Shown one piece after another: positions 10,721 through 19,408 of a DNA stretch of 64,000 bases. Each line of letters opens with the position of its first letter. The first letter of the stretch is position 1. Under the pieces are notes generated by a model. The model ran no database searches. It was given only the letters and a program-made list of their open reading frames with translations, and was not told where the DNA came from. A program made the position numbers and the translations under genes. The stretch is taken from positions 3,136,001 through 3,200,000 of the forward strand of contig OY969724.1 of the NCBI GenBank assembly GCA_963702205.1. Reading direction: 5' to 3'. Source of the DNA: an uncultured candidate division Zixibacteria bacterium. GTDB taxonomy: Bacteria; Zixibacteria; MSB-5A5; GN15; PGXB01.

Positions 10721-11533
10721 TTACTTTGTCTGCGGTTCTTTCTTTTTATAATCCTCCAGAACCGTCTTCCATGAATTCCTTTCGAGGAAGCTGCCGTCGA
10801 CGTGTTCTTCCATCTCCAGGAACATTTTGTACGGAACCGAAAAAGACATGACGTTGTGATCCAGCATTTTCATGACGTACTTACGGGCCGATATATCGGT
10901 CAGGCCGATGATCGCCTGCGGATTATCGGATTCCTCTTCGTGAATCGGCAAAATACCGATCTGATGGCACCCCGCTCCGAACGGCGCGACGACGTTGACA
11001 TAACCGGACCGGGCATAATTGGCCAGAACGATCAAGGCCGAAAGCTGATCGGGGTGTACGACGAATATAAGCGATCGAGGAGTTTCGTCGAATGTAACCA
11101 TATCCAATGGTTTGAGGATGACATATTCGGCGGGCACGTCGAGCATCGGGAGATTATCAATAAATTGCTGCGCGATTTTCGGATTCTTGACATACCGTTC
11201 GCCTTCGGCCAGGTCCGGCCGCCAATCCAGCATCTTCTTGCCGATATCGGAGTTACAGAACTCGGCGTTGCCGGTCGAAATATATTCGGCGATACCGCCC
11301 GGGAAATTGACGTACTGATTGCCGAAGCCCAGACCGACCCCGCCGCCGATGCAGCCGAAGGTATTGCGGTCGGCGACAGCGACCTTACCCTTGACCGCCG
11401 CAGCCAGGAGGAACATCACGCACCCCCATTTGCCCGGAGCGAATTGCACTGCCCCATCAGGTTTTTCATCCGACCATACTATCGCCACGGGTGGGTATTT
11501 CATGCCTGTTGCTTCGTATATTTTGCTTTTCAT
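10721..11533 (-). CDS. DUF169-like uncharacterised protein
   Basis: PVA..W, GKWGCVM, FGCIGGGVGLGFG, HPDQLSAL..LANY, APFGAGC, GLTDISAR. Confidence 0.8.
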   Translation of the reverse strand: MKSKIYEATGMKYPPVAIVWSDEKPDGAVQFAPGKWGCVMFLLAAAVKGKVAVADRNTFGCIGGGVGLGFGNQYVNFPGGIAEYISTGNAEFCNSDIGKKMLDWRPDLAEGERYVKNPKIAQQFIDNLPMLDVPAEYVILKPLDMVTFDETPRSLIFVVHPDQLSALIVLANYARSGYVNVVAPFGAGCHQIGILPIHEEESDNPQAIIGLTDISARKYVMKMLDHNVMSFSVPYKMFLEMEEHVDGSFLERNSWKTVLEDYKKKEPQTK

Positions 11534-11571
11534 CCCTGTTTCCTCGATGTCTATTTGCACTAAACTCGGTT

Positions 11572-11727
11572 TTTTTGTCGGGTTTCTCTCCCGATTACAT
11601 CGGGATCGGAACCCGACCTACTATTTTCTGGATTCCCGCTTGCGCAAGAATGACATTATACGAACATTATATATTCGTGTGCGGCAGACGCCCTCGCATG
11701 TCCTGAACTTTGAAGGGTCTGCCGCCG
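11572..11727. repeat. Cluster of REP-like palindromes
   Basis: GTCGGGTTTCTC-hairpin-GGAACCCGACCTAC (11577-11621), GGATTCCCGCTTGCGCAAGAATGAC (11630-11654), and GCGGCAGAC...GTCTGCCGC (about 11681-11724). The first two repeat 10580-10650 in direct orientation. Confidence 0.8.
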
Positions 11728-11737
11728 AACACGAAAT

Positions 11738-11809
11738 TTATAAGTCCAGCGTCGTTTGATTGCCTTTCTTTTCCAATGCCTTATATACGCGGAAGGTGTT
11801 GCGGGCGTC
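11738..11809 (-). repeat. 72-bp diverged duplicate of the exonuclease gene 3' end
   Basis: Matches 11858-11929 with 5 mismatches and still reads DARNTFRVYKALEKKGNQTTLDL-stop. Confidence 0.9.
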
Positions 11810-11857
11810 GAGTGAGCGGCAGATGTCCACATCTGCCCATCTTTATTATGCATTTAC

Positions 11858-12433
11858 TCACAAATCCAGCGTCGTTTGATTGCCTTTCTTTTCCAATTCC
11901 TTATACACGCGGAAGGTGTTGCGGGCGTCATCGATGCCCCGATGCCGTACGCCTTCGAATTCCAGTCCGAGCGTTTTCATCGCCCGACTGAGCCCCATAC
12001 GCTCACCCATAATGCGTTTAAAATATATTTTTATATCATAATGATTTTCACCGAACGGATAATCAATTTTATGATAGGTACAATCCTTTTGAAACATCCA
12101 GCGGTCGAAATTGCTCCACGATGAAAATATCGCCCGGTCGAGGTCGCCGATCCAGTCAAGGAATTGCGCGAAGACAACCGGAAAATATTCCGCTGCTTCA
12201 ACGTCGCTCTGATTTATCTTAGTCAGGTCTTTGCAAAAATCGCTCAGAATCGGATTGCGGCTTGGTTTGATGAAGCGGTCAAAATCGTCGACAATTTTCC
12301 CGGATTTGAGATCGACTTTGACAGCGCCGATTTCGATTGCCTCCATCTCGTTGTCGCGCATTTCGTTACGATTCCAGCAGGTTGTCTCCAGGTCGACGAT
12401 TACCAGGTATTGTTTCTGGGTTAGAAGATTCAT
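11858..12433 (-). CDS. DEDDh 3'-5' exonuclease (ERI1/KapD-like)
   Basis: IVDLETTC, EAIEIGAV, FIKP..P.LSDFCKDLTKI, SWSNFD, HRGIDDARNT. Confidence 0.9.
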   Translation of the reverse strand: MNLLTQKQYLVIVDLETTCWNRNEMRDNEMEAIEIGAVKVDLKSGKIVDDFDRFIKPSRNPILSDFCKDLTKINQSDVEAAEYFPVVFAQFLDWIGDLDRAIFSSWSNFDRWMFQKDCTYHKIDYPFGENHYDIKIYFKRIMGERMGLSRAMKTLGLEFEGVRHRGIDDARNTFRVYKELEKKGNQTTLDL

Positions 12434-12477
12434 TGTTTGTTACAATTCACATTCCGTTGCGGCCACACGCAGCGCCC

Positions 12478-12602
12478 GGGCACATGTGGACATGTGCCGC
12501 GCACAATCATTGTATTTGGGTTAATAGGTTCATTATGTGATCTAAATTTGTCAGGAGCGCTCTTCGCTTCACTCAGAGTCTACGACGAGGCTTCTGACCT
12601 GC
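12478..12602. repeat. REP-like palindromes
   Basis: GGGCACATGTGGACATGTGCCGCGCAC (12478-12504) is an inverted copy of GTGAGCGGCAGATGTCCACATCTGCCC at about 11812-11838. GTCAGGAGC...GCTTCTGACCTGC (about 12550-12602) resembles the element at about 58097-58123. Confidence 0.7.
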
Positions 12603-12613
12603 AAGAGATGCAC

Positions 12614-13636
12614 TTATCGCTTGATCCCCTTCTCCGTGATATACCCCGTCACCAGTTCGTGGGGGGTGACGTCGAAGGCCGGGGCGAAGACTTTTATGCC
12701 ATTCGGGGCAATTTGCACTCCTCCCCCGTGCGTTATTTCTTCAGATTCACGTTCTTCAATCGGGATGTTCGCACCGGTCGGAATATTTTCATCGAACGTC
12801 GAATACGGCGCCGCCACATAAAATGGAATACCGTGACGGTTCGCCTGCACCGCGACATTGTACGTGCCGATTTTATTGGCCACGTCGCCGTTTTTGGCGA
12901 TCCGGTCGGCCCCGACAATGACGCATTTGATCTTGCCTCGCCGCATAAGTTCACCAGAGGCGCTGTCAACCAGAAGGGTCACGTCGATTCCCGCCTGCTT
13001 TAATTCCCAGGCGGTCAGGCGCGCTCCCTGCAAAAGCGGCCGGGTTTCATCGGCGAAAACTTTTATTTCCTTGCCCTGTTGGTGCGCCTGATATATCGGC
13101 GCCAGCGCGGTTCCGATGCCGCCGGTGGCCAGCGCCCCGGCGTTGCAGTGGGTCAGGACGCAATCCCCGTCTTCCAGAAGCTCCGCCCCGTACCGCCCGA
13201 TGGCCGCACACATCTGCTCGTCTTCGTCGTATATGGCGGCGGCTTCATCCCAGAAGATTTTTCGGAACTGCTCGACGTCGGTTCCGTCGTACAGCTCAGC
13301 TTTCTGCAGCACCCGATCCACCGCCCAGGCCAGATTGGCCGCGGTCGGACGGGCATTCTTGATTTCATCACTAACACCTTGTAATATATTTTTCAGCTGC
13401 CCGGGCATGGCATTTTTAATTTCGGCACACGACGCCACCGCCAGCGCGTACGCCCCGGCAATCCCAATCGCGGGAGCACCGCGAATTTCAAGGCGCTTTA
13501 TAGCCCCGATTATATCGCGATAATCATCGTACTTATGATAAACAAGCTCCGTGGGCAGTCGGGTCTGATCGAGAATTTTGACGTTTCTATCGAGAGGCAC
13601 CAATACCTTAAAACCTAAATCCTCCTGTATCATCAT
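12614..13636 (-). CDS. mtnA: S-methyl-5-thioribose-1-phosphate isomerase
   Basis: LDQTRLP, IRGAPAIG, ARPTAANL, LTHCNAGALAT, DETRPLLQGARLT, GADRIA.NGDVANKIGT. Confidence 0.96.
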   Translation of the reverse strand: MMIQEDLGFKVLVPLDRNVKILDQTRLPTELVYHKYDDYRDIIGAIKRLEIRGAPAIGIAGAYALAVASCAEIKNAMPGQLKNILQGVSDEIKNARPTAANLAWAVDRVLQKAELYDGTDVEQFRKIFWDEAAAIYDEDEQMCAAIGRYGAELLEDGDCVLTHCNAGALATGGIGTALAPIYQAHQQGKEIKVFADETRPLLQGARLTAWELKQAGIDVTLLVDSASGELMRRGKIKCVIVGADRIAKNGDVANKIGTYNVAVQANRHGIPFYVAAPYSTFDENIPTGANIPIEERESEEITHGGGVQIAPNGIKVFAPAFDVTPHELVTGYITEKGIKR

Positions 13637-14049
13637 TCCCCCATTATTTGTACTACAACTTTTCGCTTGCGGCTGCGGTTGTCGAAATCGAGAAAGACTA
13701 TGTTCTGCCACGTCCCCAACTGCATCGAACCATCGACAAACGGCACCGTGATATCCGGACCGATCAGTGCCGAGCGCATGTGCGAGAAACCGTTGCCGTC
13801 GTGCCAGGTCAGATCGTGATGGTACGGCTTATCCGACGGCAGCAGCTTTTCGAAAAACTCCGGCAAATCTTCGAGCAGTCCCGGTTCGAACTCGATCGTG
13901 GTCAGGCCCGACGTCGCCGACGGCGTGAACACGGTCACGATGCCCGACTTGATGCCCGACCCGTGTACTTTCCGCACAATTTCCTCAGTCAAATTGACAA
14001 CGTGACAATAGCCTTTGGTCGAAAACGATATTTCTTCGGTCGCGATCAT
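13633..14049 (-). CDS. yjbQ: YjbQ/UPF0047 family protein
   Basis: IEFEPGL..D, YHHD..W.DGNGFSH, LGTWQNI.F.DFD. Confidence 0.9.
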   Translation of the reverse strand: MIATEEISFSTKGYCHVVNLTEEIVRKVHGSGIKSGIVTVFTPSATSGLTTIEFEPGLLEDLPEFFEKLLPSDKPYHHDLTWHDGNGFSHMRSALIGPDITVPFVDGSMQLGTWQNIVFLDFDNRSRKRKVVVQIMGE

Positions 14050-14053
14050 ACTA

Positions 14054-15712
14054 CTATCGGTATAAATTCCTTTTTATTTTTCTGGTCGAGGTTTTCTCGA
14101 ACGGTTCGGTGCGAATCTCGAAATTGACGATACGCTTGAAGTCGGCGATGCGCTCGTTGACGGCCCGAATTTCGGACTGCATCAGTTCTCTTATTTTCTC
14201 CGGCACCGGACTTTGCTCCCCCAGCGCGATTTGGATCTGCTCCAGGCAGGGATAAATTATCGCCCAGACCTCTTCCCCCGCTTTGCCGGAGCGGGCCCGT
14301 CCGAGCACGATGGCCTCGGAGATGCAGGGAGACAAATCCAGTTCGGCTTCGATCTCTTCGGGATAGATATTCTTGCCCGCGCCCGAAACTATCAGATTCT
14401 TGGCCCGTCCGGTGATATAAATATGGCCCCGGTCGATTTTGCCAAGATCGCCGGTCATCAGCCAGCCGTCTTTTATCAGTTCCGCCGTGGCGGCCTGATT
14501 GTCGAGGTATCCCGGCGATACACTGGAACCTTTGACTGAGATTTCACCGATTCCGTTCGGACCGGGATTATCGATACGCACATCCAGACCCGGTAGTGGC
14601 GAACCGACCGATCCGAAGCGAATGTCATCGGGATGGTTTACCGAGATCACCGGTGAGCATTCAGTCATGCCGTAGCCTTCCAGAAACGTAAACCCGGCCA
14701 GGTTGAACCATTCGGCGACGCGTACCGGCAGCGGTGCTCCGCCCGAAACAAACATGCGGATCGAACTCAGACCGGCCTGCTTTCTGAGCGATGCAAACAG
14801 CGGTCGCCCGGCCTTGATTCTCGCCTTCCACGCCAGGCCACTGATTCCATGCATTGCTCCGATAAACGTCTTTTTGACGGTACCGGCTTCGGCTATTTTC
14901 CGCACGATTGAGGCATACATTTTTTCATACAATAACGGCACGGCCACCATGACCGTAATCTTGTACTTATCTATGTCTTCTTTGATCTCGCGGGATTTAA
15001 GCGACCGGGCATAGACGATGGTCAGGCCGCAAATGAGCGGCAGTAGAAATCCGCAAGTGGCCTCGAATGTATGGTGCAGCGGCAGAATCGAAAGAAATTT
15101 ATCATCGGGCAAAAGTTGAAGAGCCGTGCGAGCCGCTTTGACATTCGAAACAATATTGTCGTGTGTTAATATTACACCTTTAGGATCGCCGGTCGTCCCC
15201 GACGTAAATATAATCGCCGCCGTATCGTGCGGTTTGGTATCCGGTGAACTGTAAGTGCCCGCACTATCCGTCGAAGCGCCTCCGACCGCCCCGCCCAGAT
15301 CGACGGGCTTGATATCAAGACCATTCAATCCGATGACGTTCCGCACCGGGATCAGCCATTTGGAGGAGCAGGCGATTATTCTGACGCCCGAGATGCGCAG
15401 CAAAGCCGCCACTTCGGACTCTTTCAGGTTGTTGTCGAGAGGCACCGCGACCGCCCCGGCGGCGAGAATCGAAAGATAAAATATAGCCCATTCGGGGCAG
15501 TTGTCACCTATAATCCCGACCCGGTCCTGCCGGGCTATACCCATCCCGTTCAAAAACGCCGCAACCAGTTTTACTTTTGCCGCGACATCGCTGTATGTAT
15601 ATGCTTTATCCTGATCGGCGGCGCTGACCAGAGCCGCTTTTTCGGGATATAGATCGGCCGAAGAAAATATCGTTTCGTGGATTACATTCGGTATATCGTC
15701 CCGTTCTGACAT
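14054..15712 (-). CDS. Long-chain fatty acid--CoA ligase (AMP-binding family)
   Basis: IIFTSGTTGDPKG, LPLHHTFE, SGGAPL, EGYGMTE, TGDLG, GRAKNLIV. Confidence 0.88.
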   Translation of the reverse strand: MSERDDIPNVIHETIFSSADLYPEKAALVSAADQDKAYTYSDVAAKVKLVAAFLNGMGIARQDRVGIIGDNCPEWAIFYLSILAAGAVAVPLDNNLKESEVAALLRISGVRIIACSSKWLIPVRNVIGLNGLDIKPVDLGGAVGGASTDSAGTYSSPDTKPHDTAAIIFTSGTTGDPKGVILTHDNIVSNVKAARTALQLLPDDKFLSILPLHHTFEATCGFLLPLICGLTIVYARSLKSREIKEDIDKYKITVMVAVPLLYEKMYASIVRKIAEAGTVKKTFIGAMHGISGLAWKARIKAGRPLFASLRKQAGLSSIRMFVSGGAPLPVRVAEWFNLAGFTFLEGYGMTECSPVISVNHPDDIRFGSVGSPLPGLDVRIDNPGPNGIGEISVKGSSVSPGYLDNQAATAELIKDGWLMTGDLGKIDRGHIYITGRAKNLIVSGAGKNIYPEEIEAELDLSPCISEAIVLGRARSGKAGEEVWAIIYPCLEQIQIALGEQSPVPEKIRELMQSEIRAVNERIADFKRIVNFEIRTEPFEKTSTRKIKRNLYR

Positions 15713-15767
15713 AATTAAATCTACGCAGTCGGGCCGAATTATTCAACCGGTTTAAGAAAAAAATTAA

Positions 15768-15800
15768 GGGCCACCCGAATGATGGCTTTTCGGATGACCC
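15768..15800. terminator. Putative terminator hairpin after the Ig-repeat lipoprotein gene
   Basis: Imperfect inverted repeat GGGCCACCCGAA..TTCGGATGACCC next to an A-run that reads as a T-run on the minus strand. Confidence 0.4.
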
Positions 15801-15832
15801 TCTCGAAACAAAACAGGAGTACAGGAAATCTA

Positions 15833-17954
15833 TTATTGGAGCGAAACCTCCGCGGTCATCGTTATGTTACCGCGCGGATCGTTATCGACTACCTGAATAA
15901 TGGCTTTTTCATCGGAAATATTCGGGTCGGCGGCGGGAGCGTTATAAAGGAATCCGTTCGCTTCACCATACTCATTGGTATGCTGCACGCCGTTGGTGAT
16001 GGTTCCGCGGCCGCTGACACCGGCTATTACCTGGTGGCCGCCGAGCGGGTTGCCCCAGCGGTCTCTAATCGTAACCTTAAACGGCACCTGCGTGCTGTAA
16101 TTGATGGAAGCGTTGATTGTCAGGGAAGAACCGTCCGAATAGGCCGAACCGGTCCACAGGGTACACGGATGAGTTACCGAGACAAAGCCCTTATAAGTTG
16201 ACGTAATCTGGTCAATAGCGCCAATGCCGTCGTCCTGCGTATCGGAGGCGCTCCAGCTGTAGTCGTTCTCGAGCGTGACGGAAGTATAGAACGACGTCAT
16301 CACCGAGGCGTTACAACCGTCCACAATGACGCCCGAGGCTACCGTCAGATAATAATTTTCAACGTCTATTTCGGTCTGATCGATGACAAAGTTGTCATTT
16401 ATGTCGCGGACCTGGAGTCTGAACTTACGATAAGCTTTGCCGTCGGCCATAACCGAACTCGGGAAAGGTTCCTCGTACCACATCGTATCGGGATACCAGC
16501 TGTTGTAGAAATAGCAGGTATCGGCTACCGTTCCGCCGCTGGTTTCGGCAATAATCTGGACAATGCCGTCTCCGCCGGGAGGGATATAACCTGACAACCA
16601 GGACGTTTCGGCAATACCCTTTTCATCGGTTGTTCTTCCCTGATGCGCCATTATGACGCCTTCATCGGTCGTGAAATAGACGGCAACTTCATTCCGCACC
16701 GGATTGTTATAAATGTCCGAAACGAGGGCTACAATATCAACGTCGCGGTTTACCCAGCCCCAGGCCTGGATGTTGCAAACCTCGGCTCCGACCACGATAT
16801 TGGCAGGAGGTCCGGCATGCACCATTAACAGGGTGGAATTGGAAAGAATACTTCCGACATAGGCGCGAATGCGAATTGTCCCTGAAACCGTCCCCGACGA
16901 AACCGGGCAATAAGCCTCACCCAGCGCATTGGTCGTGGCAATGAACGGGCCATAATCTTCGGTGCCCAGTCTCTCACCACCACCCGGACCGTCGGTAATA
17001 ATAAAAGCAATCTGGAGGCCTTCGGGCACACGGTTGCCGTTGGCATCGTAACCGGTTGCGGTCAACATGGCGGTTTCCATACCGCCGGTCGATTGTACGG
17101 CCAGACTATTGGAATCCGACATCAAATATATGCTTTCAATCGCGGCGTCGGGTGTGAGCTGCAAAGAAACTTCGGAATAACCCACGTAGTCTCCGTCGGT
17201 AATCGTCGCTTTGATATAAACCGTGACGGCATCGGTTCCGGCGATATATGTCACCGTCGCCTGACCCTGCGTGCCGCTGACGGTCGCGGTCGAGGGAATA
17301 ATGCCGATCGGGTTCCAGGTGTCGTTGTTTATGACGTCATAAATAATGCTGTCGACACCGGCCGTGAAATATCCGTTTCCATCAACGTCGCCGAACCGTT
17401 CACCCGCGGCCAGGCGGACGATGGTCCCTTCGGGAGCCGGATTGCCGCTGCCGTCCTGGACGGTTATGGTCAACTCGGCGGTGGAACTTCCGTCGGCCAA
17501 AAGAAGCGAAGGCGTCAAGGCCAAATCGATATTGCCCGAGCCGACCTGCTGACTGGTTTCCACGCTCAGCGAAGCCGTTCTGTAAATCGCGTCGCTGACG
17601 CGCGCGGTTACGGTTACGTCGCCCGTCTGGGACGCCGTGAAGGTCGTGGCGACCAGGCCGTCGGCATCACTGACCACCATCGCCGGATCGAAAGTACCGG
17701 CCGAGGTCGGATCAACCGTGAACTGTACGGCGCGGTTGGCCACCGGGTTCGTACCATCGGTTACCTGGGCTTCGACCACACAGGTGGCACCGACGCCGAT
17801 CGACGACGGATTCACGGATAGAGTGGTTACCTCAATCGATCCCGTCGCCGTATTCGAACTGGAACTGGAATCGCACCCGGACAAACAGAATATCGCGGAG
17901 GCGAGTGTCAGTAGGTACAGCAAGGATCATGAGTGGAGATTTTTTGGAATACAT
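15833..17954 (-). CDS. Invasin/intimin-like (Big_1) Ig-repeat lipoprotein; frameshift in the signal peptide near 17924
   Basis: Repeated ADG.STA..T..V.D..GNP Ig motifs and a DxDGNG loop. Removing one C gives the signal MYSKKSPLMILLYLLTLASAIFCLSG-C with a lipobox, preceded by a GGAG SD. Confidence 0.75.
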
Positions 17955-18049
17955 AATGACTCCCGTTAAAAACACAATATGTTTATTTCCTGATTCAGAT
18001 TTTCCTGTCTCTATTGATATTATCGGCCATTCCCGTCTTCTATTAAGCA

Positions 18050-18077
18050 AAAAAGCCCCGATAAATCGGGGCTTTTA
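18050..18077. terminator. Intrinsic terminator after pilQ
   Basis: AAAAGCCCCGAT-AA-ATCGGGGCTTTT. Confidence 0.8.
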
Positions 18078-18094
18078 AGCTGAAACTGCTTTAT

Positions 18095-19390
18095 TTACGG
18101 GCCGGTGTTGGCCAGGTCATCCTCGACGATAGTCGGGGTAACGAATATGACCAGGTCGCGGCTCTCGTTGCTCTTCGTGTAATAACTGAAGAGCAGTCCG
18201 ATAATCGGCAAATCCTTCAGGATCGGAACGCCTTCGTGATTTTCCGTCTCGTCGACGGTGGTCAGGCCGCCGATAACCGCCGTCTGGCCGTTATTGACGA
18301 CGACGTTGGTCTCGGCGTTATTGGTATTGATGATAATACCGCTGACGTCCGGCTGAAGCGAGCTTCTCTCCGGCTTCAGGTGCATCAAAATTTTATTCTC
18401 GGCCGTAATGTGCGGGGTCACTTCGAGGATGGTACCGACGTCTTCGTATTCGATGACGACGTTACCGGACTGGTCAAATTGCTTGACGGGAATTCGCTGA
18501 CCCATCTGGATCCGAGCCGCCTTGTTATCGATCGTCGTGATTTCCGGATGCGCCACGAGCTTGCCTTTGCCGTTGCTCAAAATAGCCGAAACGGTGGCTT
18601 CGAGGCTCCAGTTATGCGGGAAAAACCCGACATTGTAGGAGACAAACGGCTCGGTGACCTGATCGCCTTTTTGCGTGGCGGTCTGGTCTATGTGACGTTG
18701 TGGATTCGGCACATAACTGCCGCTGGCCGTCCAGTCCACACCCAATTCCCAGGCATCCTTGGATGAAATGTCCAGAATCTGCGTGGAAATCTTGATCTGC
18801 TTGGCCGGGCGATCCAGTTCCTTGATGAAGGCCATGACGCGGTCGATGTTCTCGGGCACTTCCTGCAAGATCAAAGAATTGGTTCTCTCGTCGGCGTCGA
18901 CTTTCCCGCGCTGGGACATAAGCGACTGAACCGACGTGGAAATCTCGGCCGCGGCCGTATTGGCCAGCTTTATAATCTTAACGTCGAGGGGCGCCAGCGT
19001 CTGGCGTTCCAGATTGTGCTTGTCTACTTCCGTCTGCTCCTTGCGAAAATCTTCAGCGGGCAGAACCCGGATATAATTATCGTCTTCGAAAACAACGGCC
19101 AGGTTATAGGTGCTGCCGATTATTTTCAGAGCCTGTTCCCAGGTGACGTCGTGCAGGTTGATCGTCACGGAACCCTGGACATTGGGTGCCACGACGACGT
19201 TGACCTTTCCATAATCTGCCAGAGAGCGGATGACCGAACGAATGTCGGCCGCCTGGTATGTCAGGTTTTCGATCGGCACGGTCGGATTGTCCGGCTTGTC
19301 GATATCCTGGGCCAGGACCGAAGCCGACAAACTGAGATACATGACCACCATAAGGGTCTTCAAAATTTTGCCCATATTCTTATTCCTCAC
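18095..19390 (-). CDS. pilQ: Type IV pilus secretin PilQ (no AMIN domains)
   Basis: Signal peptide, N0 domain (ADIRSVIR..NVVV..VQGSVT..L.DV.W), N3 domain (DERTNSLI..LDRP), secretin domain (GT.LEVTPHI, GVPILKDLPIIG.LF, LVIFVTP). Confidence 0.9.
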   Translation of the reverse strand: MRNKNMGKILKTLMVVMYLSLSASVLAQDIDKPDNPTVPIENLTYQAADIRSVIRSLADYGKVNVVVAPNVQGSVTINLHDVTWEQALKIIGSTYNLAVVFEDDNYIRVLPAEDFRKEQTEVDKHNLERQTLAPLDVKIIKLANTAAAEISTSVQSLMSQRGKVDADERTNSLILQEVPENIDRVMAFIKELDRPAKQIKISTQILDISSKDAWELGVDWTASGSYVPNPQRHIDQTATQKGDQVTEPFVSYNVGFFPHNWSLEATVSAILSNGKGKLVAHPEITTIDNKAARIQMGQRIPVKQFDQSGNVVIEYEDVGTILEVTPHITAENKILMHLKPERSSLQPDVSGIIINTNNAETNVVVNNGQTAVIGGLTTVDETENHEGVPILKDLPIIGLLFSYYTKSNESRDLVIFVTPTIVEDDLANTGP

Positions 19391-19408
19391 TATCGCTACC
19401 TGCCTTTC

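Noticed and set aside
11738..11929. Diversity-generating retroelement TR/VR pair
   Set aside because: Only 3 of 5 differences are at adenines of the putative template, most are silent, and no reverse transcriptase is in the window.
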